Below are positions 59,039 through 64,000 of a stretch of 64,000 bases of DNA, piece by piece (position 1 is the stretch's first letter; each line of letters starts with the position of its first letter). This DNA comes from a bacterium (GTDB lineage Bacteria; RBG-13-61-14; DATKZS01). The position numbers and the translations under genes were made by a program. Location: the NCBI GenBank assembly GCA_963674965.2, contig CAXXFL010000007.1, forward strand, positions 864,001 to 928,000, read 5' to 3'. The notes under the pieces were generated by a model that saw only the letters and a program-made list of their open reading frames with translations, searched no databases and was not told the DNA's origin.

Positions 59039-60804
59039 GACGTCTCCGTGATAAGACGCTCGATTTCCTCGAGCACGTCAAGATAGGTAAGGGGACTGCA
59101 CTTGACCATGTTCAGTCCATGGATAGGCTTATTCACGTGCATGGACAGCCAGCGGGCGAACTGGCCCGAGTAGTTGAGCTCGGGCACGAGTATTTTTTCG
59201 CAGTCGTCCACGAACTTCTCGATATCCTCGACGTGGAGCGGGTTGAGCACGACCTGCTTGAGGGCCGCCGCCGAGAGGCCGGCCTCGTTGGCCCTTTCCA
59301 CCGCCTCGATTACCGCGCCCATGGTCGATCCCCATCCCATGACCCCGAGCTTTACCTTGCCCTTGGCCCCGAAACGCTCGGGCCTGGGCACGTCGTTTTG
59401 AAGGGCGGTCATAAGCTTTCGCGCCCGCTTCTCGGTCATCTCGGTATGCACGTTGGCGTAATAGCTGGGGGAGTCGAGCTCGTTTTGCTCGAGACCCGAG
59501 ACGGTCCACTCGAACCCGGGCGTTCCCGGCAGGGCGCGGGGGCTGACCCCGTCCTCCGTCACCTTGAAGCGGCCAACTCCCTCCTCGCCGGGGGAGGGCG
59601 ATTTATTGGCCGAAAGCTTGGCCTTGTCCAGTTCACTTAAGACCGCGTTAGTTTTACAGGTGGAGAGGAAAAGGTCCATGAGCAAAATGACCGGGGTCTG
59701 GTATTTCTCCGCCAGGTAGAAGGCCTCGGAGGTCCAGTAATGGCACTCCTCGACGCTGGTGGGCGCGACGACTATCCTGGGCGCGTCCCCATTGCCCGAG
59801 AAGAGGGCGAGCAAAAGGTCGGACTGCTCGGTCTTGGTGGGCAGCCCCGTGGCCGGCCCGCCCCTCTGGCTGTCCACTATGACCACCGGGTTCTCGGTCA
59901 TCACGTTGTAGCCGATGAACTCGGTCATGAGGCATACGCCGGGCCCCGAGGTGGCGGTCATGGCCCTGGTCCCCATCATGGCCGCGCCCGTGACCATGCC
60001 GATGGCGGATATCTCGTCCTCCGCCTGCACCACCCTGCCGCCAAGGGGAGGAAGCTTGGCCGACAGTATCTCCATGATCTTGGTGGCCGGCGTGATGGGG
60101 TAGCCGGCGTAAAAGCGGCAGCCCGCCTCGATGGCTCCCCTGGCAGCCGCCTGGTTGCCGTTCATGATCTGGAAGTCTTTTTTCTCCAGCTCTTCCTTGA
60201 CGGCGAAGCTGACGGGGTCGACCTTGAGGAGCTTCTCCTTGACGTAATCGTGGCCCGCGCGGAAGGCGGCCTTGACGGTCTGGGCCACGTTGCCCTTTTT
60301 TCCGCCGAACTTCCTGTCCAGCCCCGCCTCGAAGGCCTCGGCGTCTATGTCGAAGAGCCCGGCGATGGCTCCGAGGGCGACCAGGTTCCTGGACCTGGCC
60401 CCGTGGGTGGACCGCTGGGACAGCTCTCCAAAGGGAACGCCGTACAGGTACATGCCCGGCCCCAGCCTGCCCGCCACGCAGGACTCCTCGGAGACCTCCC
60501 TTAGCGGCCACGAGTCGAACAGGACCACGCCGCCCGGCTTGAGGGTCGCGAGCTGCTCGATCGAGTAGGGATCGTTCAGGCTGACCAGCGCGTCCACGCT
60601 CCTGCCCACGCTGTACACGGGCTTGTCACTCACGCGGCAGTGGGCCACGCACTTGCCGAAGCCCCGAATCTCGGCCGGGTACACGTCGAAGCTTAGCGCC
60701 CGGTAGCCGAGGTCGGACAGGGTATTGACGAGTATCTCGCCGACGGCGAGGGTGCCGTCGCCCGAGCTTCCGCAAATCTCGATGGTAAGGTCAACTTGTC
60801 TCAT
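59035..60804 (-). CDS. korA: 2-oxoacid:ferredoxin oxidoreductase alpha subunit (gamma-alpha fusion)
   Basis: YPAEIRG, YAGYPITPAT, QAEDEISA, TSGPG and QRGGPATGLPT motifs. Confidence 0.88.
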   Translation of the reverse strand: MRQVDLTIEICGSSGDGTLAVGEILVNTLSDLGYRALSFDVYPAEIRGFGKCVAHCRVSDKPVYSVGRSVDALVSLNDPYSIEQLATLKPGGVVLFDSWPLREVSEESCVAGRLGPGMYLYGVPFGELSQRSTHGARSRNLVALGAIAGLFDIDAEAFEAGLDRKFGGKKGNVAQTVKAAFRAGHDYVKEKLLKVDPVSFAVKEELEKKDFQIMNGNQAAARGAIEAGCRFYAGYPITPATKIMEILSAKLPPLGGRVVQAEDEISAIGMVTGAAMMGTRAMTATSGPGVCLMTEFIGYNVMTENPVVIVDSQRGGPATGLPTKTEQSDLLLALFSGNGDAPRIVVAPTSVEECHYWTSEAFYLAEKYQTPVILLMDLFLSTCKTNAVLSELDKAKLSANKSPSPGEEGVGRFKVTEDGVSPRALPGTPGFEWTVSGLEQNELDSPSYYANVHTEMTEKRARKLMTALQNDVPRPERFGAKGKVKLGVMGWGSTMGAVIEAVERANEAGLSAAALKQVVLNPLHVEDIEKFVDDCEKILVPELNYSGQFARWLSMHVNKPIHGLNMVKCSPLTYLDVLEEIERLITETS

Positions 60805-61825
60805 CTAGCGTGAACCCCTTCCATCCGTAGGTTATGAACTCCTCGCCGCCCACCACGAGCTTGCCCGGCTCGCAGAGCTTGGCGCTCTCGTCGGCCCCCA
60901 GCGCGTTGAGGGCGGCCTTTTCACCCTTGCGGACGGCGTTTTGGTATCCGGTCTGGCAGCGATAATCCTTGATCTCCTCGTAGTACATCTGGGCGCACTC
61001 GCCCGCGGCCCACACGTCCTCGACGCTGGCGCGGAGCTTGTCGTCCACCAGGACGCCCATCTGCGTGTCGATACCGGAGTCGGCCAGGAAGTCGAGGCAG
61101 GGGACCATGCCCGAGCAGACCAGGACCACGTCGGACTCGACCTTGACCCCGCCCCGCGTGGATACCACCTTCGTCTCGCCACGCTTCTCGACCTCGGTCA
61201 CGTGGTCGTTCCTTACGACCTTGACCCCCTTGGCCTCGAGGGCCCGGGCCAGGCGGTCCATGGACCCCGCGTCCGACTCGAGGGGCCAGAACCGGTACTC
61301 GTCCATTATCATCGTCACATCCTTGCCCGCGGGCAGGAAGGCGTTTAACAATTGAAGACCGATGGCGTCTCCTCCCAGGATGGTCACGCGCTTGATCCCG
61401 GGCATCATCGACTTGAGCTCGATGGCGTGTTTGCCGTTCGAGAACTTCGTCAGCAGCTTCTCGAAGTGGCTAAGGTACTCGGGGATACGATGCTTGGCCC
61501 CGCTGCAAATCAGGAGCTTGTCGTATTTTATCCTTTCCCGGTGGGCCAGCAATATGGACTTGTCCTCGAAGTCCACCCGCTCGACCGGCTGGTTCAACCT
61601 AAGGCGGAGGTTCAACTCCTCGTACCAGCTCGGGGGATGGACGGCCAGGTCGGCGATGTTTGCCTCCTCGGCCAGGAAGCCCGCCAGGCGGTGGCGGTGG
61701 ATGAAATGCACCGGCTCCGCGCTGATGACGGTTATCCGGCCCTCGGGGTCGCCCTTCCTCAGCGTCTCGGCCGCCTTGTTGCCCGCGGCCCCGTTTCCGA
61801 TGATCACGTAATGATTGCCCGCCAT
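60791..61825 (-). CDS. NAD(P)/FAD-dependent oxidoreductase (rubredoxin/ferredoxin reductase-like)
   Basis: IIGNGAAG, YDKLLICSGA and VWAAGEC; second dinucleotide motif is divergent (GGDAIG). Confidence 0.85.
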   Translation of the reverse strand: MAGNHYVIIGNGAAGNKAAETLRKGDPEGRITVISAEPVHFIHRHRLAGFLAEEANIADLAVHPPSWYEELNLRLRLNQPVERVDFEDKSILLAHRERIKYDKLLICSGAKHRIPEYLSHFEKLLTKFSNGKHAIELKSMMPGIKRVTILGGDAIGLQLLNAFLPAGKDVTMIMDEYRFWPLESDAGSMDRLARALEAKGVKVVRNDHVTEVEKRGETKVVSTRGGVKVESDVVLVCSGMVPCLDFLADSGIDTQMGVLVDDKLRASVEDVWAAGECAQMYYEEIKDYRCQTGYQNAVRKGEKAALNALGADESAKLCEPGKLVVGGEEFITYGWKGFTLDETS

Positions 61826-61827
61826 GT

Positions 61828-63648
61828 CTATACCCTCGCCGGCCGGGAGTTCACCGATTGCTCGATCAGCTCCACCTTGATCACGTCGATGCACTTAACC
61901 GGGCACACCTCGAGGCACTTGCCGCATCGGATGCACTCCTTGTTGTCGATGGCCACCACGGCCACCTCGTTCCATTCCTCGGTCTCGTCGATCCCGGCGT
62001 AGCCTCCGTCGGCGTCGAACCTGACTCCCCTGGCCAGCTTGATGCAGTCCTTGGGGGCCACGTCGATGCAGTAGCGGCAGTATATGCACCTGGCCGGGTC
62101 GATCTCGAACTTGAGGTAGCACAGGTAGCAGCGCTTGGATTCCTCGAGGGCCGCCTCCGCGCCGAGGCCCAGATCGACCTCCGCCGACCCCTCGCCGGCC
62201 ATGCGGTCCGTGGGCTTCAAAGTGGCCATGGCCTGGCGGGGAACGAAGTCCCAGCTCCGCTCCCGCATGACGCCGGCCCTCTCGTGGCGGACCACCATCT
62301 TTTTCCTCTCGGCGCCCATGAGGTACTCGTCCACTTTCCAGGCGGTCCTCCTTCCCGAGCCGATGGACCTGATGATGTTGGAGGCCCCGGTCATGAAGTC
62401 GCCGGCCAGGAAGAGGCCGGGAAGGCTGGTCTGGTGAGTCGTCTCGTCCGCCTTTATCCATCCTCTCTCGTTTTTGCCGAGGTCCACGTCAATAAAGGAG
62501 GGATCGGGCTTTTGGCCGGTGGCGAAGATGACCGATCCCGCGGGTTCCTCGAAGTCCGAGTCCGGGATGGGGACCCCGTTGCGCTCGCCGCCGGGCAGGA
62601 AACCGCCCAGGCGGTTCCTCAAAAATTTCACCCTCGAGACCTTGCCGTCTCCCAGTATCTCGGAAAGAGTGACCAGTCCCCTGATCTCGGCCCGCTCGAG
62701 CTTGACCTCGAACAACTCGCGCTTCTCGACCTGCAGGTATTCCTCCGTGCCCAGAACGTTGACGATGGCCCGCCTCGCCCCCAGACGCATGGCCGCCCGG
62801 GCGCAGTCCATGGCCGTGTAGCCGCCGCCTATCACCTGGACCACGTCGCCGACCTCGACCCTCTCGCCCGCGTTGACCTTCATCATGAACTCGAGCCCGG
62901 TGTAGACCCCTTCCAGGTCGGTCCCCGGCACGGGCAGCTTGTTGGGATCGAAGGTCCCCGCGGCGATCACGACCGAGTCGTGCTCCTCCATCAGGCCGGC
63001 GAGGGAAACGTCCAGGCCGACCTTGACCCCCGTCCGAAGCTCGACGCCGAGCCGAATCACGTTTCCGATCTCCGCGGCCAGCACGTCGCGGGGAAGCCGG
63101 AAGGCCGGTATGCCGTATCTGAGCATGCCTCCCGGCTCGGGCAGGGCCTCGAGGAGAACGACCTTGTGCCCGAGCACGGCCAAGTCGTGAGCCGCCGCCA
63201 GGCCGGCCGGTCCCGAACCGATGACGGCGACCTTCCTGCCGGAGGGGCCGAACATCTCCTCGGTGATCCGGTGCCCGTCGTTCTTGAGGTCGGCGGCCGC
63301 TCTTTTCAGATGGCAAATGGAAACGGGTTCCCCGTTGCCCTCCCATCCGTGGCGGCAAAAGGACTCGCAGGGCCTCGAGCACACCCTTCCCAGCACGCCG
63401 GGCAGGAGGTTGGCGAACCGGTTAAGCTCGTAGCTGCGGCCGTACCTTCCCTCGAAGATGGTCCGGATATAGCCGGGGACGTTGGTAAGGGCGGGGCAGG
63501 CCGCCTGGCAGGGTATGTTTTCCTTGACCCAGCCGAAGTCGCGGGGATCGGTCGAGAAGTAGACCTCCCTCTCGAGGAGACGCGCCCGCGTGGTCCGCTT
63601 GAATTCCTCCGACTCGGAGGGAAGGTATAACCTTTTTTGCGTCGTCAT
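61828..63648 (-). CDS. GltD/SudA/NfnB-like Fe-S flavoprotein with C-terminal 4Fe-4S dicluster
   Basis: PCQAACP, GRVCSRPCESFC, GSGPAG, GGGYTAMDC, RCYLC, CIYCRYC and CIRCGKCLEVCP motifs. Confidence 0.88.
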   Translation of the reverse strand: MTTQKRLYLPSESEEFKRTTRARLLEREVYFSTDPRDFGWVKENIPCQAACPALTNVPGYIRTIFEGRYGRSYELNRFANLLPGVLGRVCSRPCESFCRHGWEGNGEPVSICHLKRAAADLKNDGHRITEEMFGPSGRKVAVIGSGPAGLAAAHDLAVLGHKVVLLEALPEPGGMLRYGIPAFRLPRDVLAAEIGNVIRLGVELRTGVKVGLDVSLAGLMEEHDSVVIAAGTFDPNKLPVPGTDLEGVYTGLEFMMKVNAGERVEVGDVVQVIGGGYTAMDCARAAMRLGARRAIVNVLGTEEYLQVEKRELFEVKLERAEIRGLVTLSEILGDGKVSRVKFLRNRLGGFLPGGERNGVPIPDSDFEEPAGSVIFATGQKPDPSFIDVDLGKNERGWIKADETTHQTSLPGLFLAGDFMTGASNIIRSIGSGRRTAWKVDEYLMGAERKKMVVRHERAGVMRERSWDFVPRQAMATLKPTDRMAGEGSAEVDLGLGAEAALEESKRCYLCYLKFEIDPARCIYCRYCIDVAPKDCIKLARGVRFDADGGYAGIDETEEWNEVAVVAIDNKECIRCGKCLEVCPVKCIDVIKVELIEQSVNSRPARV

Positions 63649-63672
63649 GTTCCTCTCCCGTGACCCTTCCCG

Positions 63673-64000
63673 TCACTTGCGCTTGGAGATGGGCGTGAAG
63701 TCCCTCGGGTACCGGCCCACGAAGGCCGACCGGGGACGGATGAGCCGGTTGTCCGAGTACTGCTCGAGCACGTGCGCCGTCCAGCCCGAGACCCTCGAGG
63801 CCGCGAACAGGGTGGTGTAGAACTCGACCGGTATCTGGAGGGAGTGCTGGACCGAGGCGGAGTAAAAGTCGACGTTCGGGTATATACCCTTGGCCTTCTT
63901 GACCTTCTTCTCGATCAGGTCGCTCATGTTGACGTAGAAGCACTCCTTGTTCCGCTCGCAGAGCTTGGCGGCGGCCTTTCTAAGGTGCCTGGCCCTTGGG
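63673..64000 (-). CDS. Citrate synthase-family protein, C-terminal part (partial)
   Basis: PRARHL...YPNVDFYS...LFAASRVSGWTAH...NRLIRPR. Confidence 0.9.
   Translation of the reverse strand, partial: PRARHLRKAAAKLCERNKECFYVNMSDLIEKKVKKAKGIYPNVDFYSASVQHSLQIPVEFYTTLFAASRVSGWTAHVLEQYSDNRLIRPRSAFVGRYPRDFTPISKRK

Overview
64-kb window from a GC-rich anaerobic bacterium, probably Desulfobacterota/deltaproteobacterium-like (inferred from gene content). From left to right it holds: (1) C1/Wood-Ljungdahl-associated genes (NuoF/NuoE-like pair, RACo/ASKHA corrinoid activator, folD; fhs at 20.5 kb); (2) a ~15-kb signalling cluster with 3 histidine kinases, 6 receiver domains, 2 SLC13/DASS transporters (one fused to a receiver domain), a phasin-like ORF and a GlgC-like enzyme, mostly downstream of a consensus sigma-54 promoter; (3) a class III PHA locus (phaC, phaE, a hypothetical ORF and a phasin-like ORF); (4) a mosaic accessory zone (~25.9-41.2 kb) of secreted or surface proteins, AT-rich inserts, broken genes, a family of palindromic repeats, a ~265-bp palindromic element and a direct-repeat-flanked cargo gene; (5) secreted GH84 and GH92 glycosidases, an orphan sigma-54 promoter with enhancer-like site driving a small ORF, an AMIN-dipeptidase operon, MaoC, lipA and ABC permeases; (6) a citrate synthase-family / flavoprotein / 2-oxoacid:ferredoxin oxidoreductase operon. 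I found no rRNA, tRNA, CRISPR array or intact transposase/integrase. All product calls come from motif recognition by eye, not database searches.
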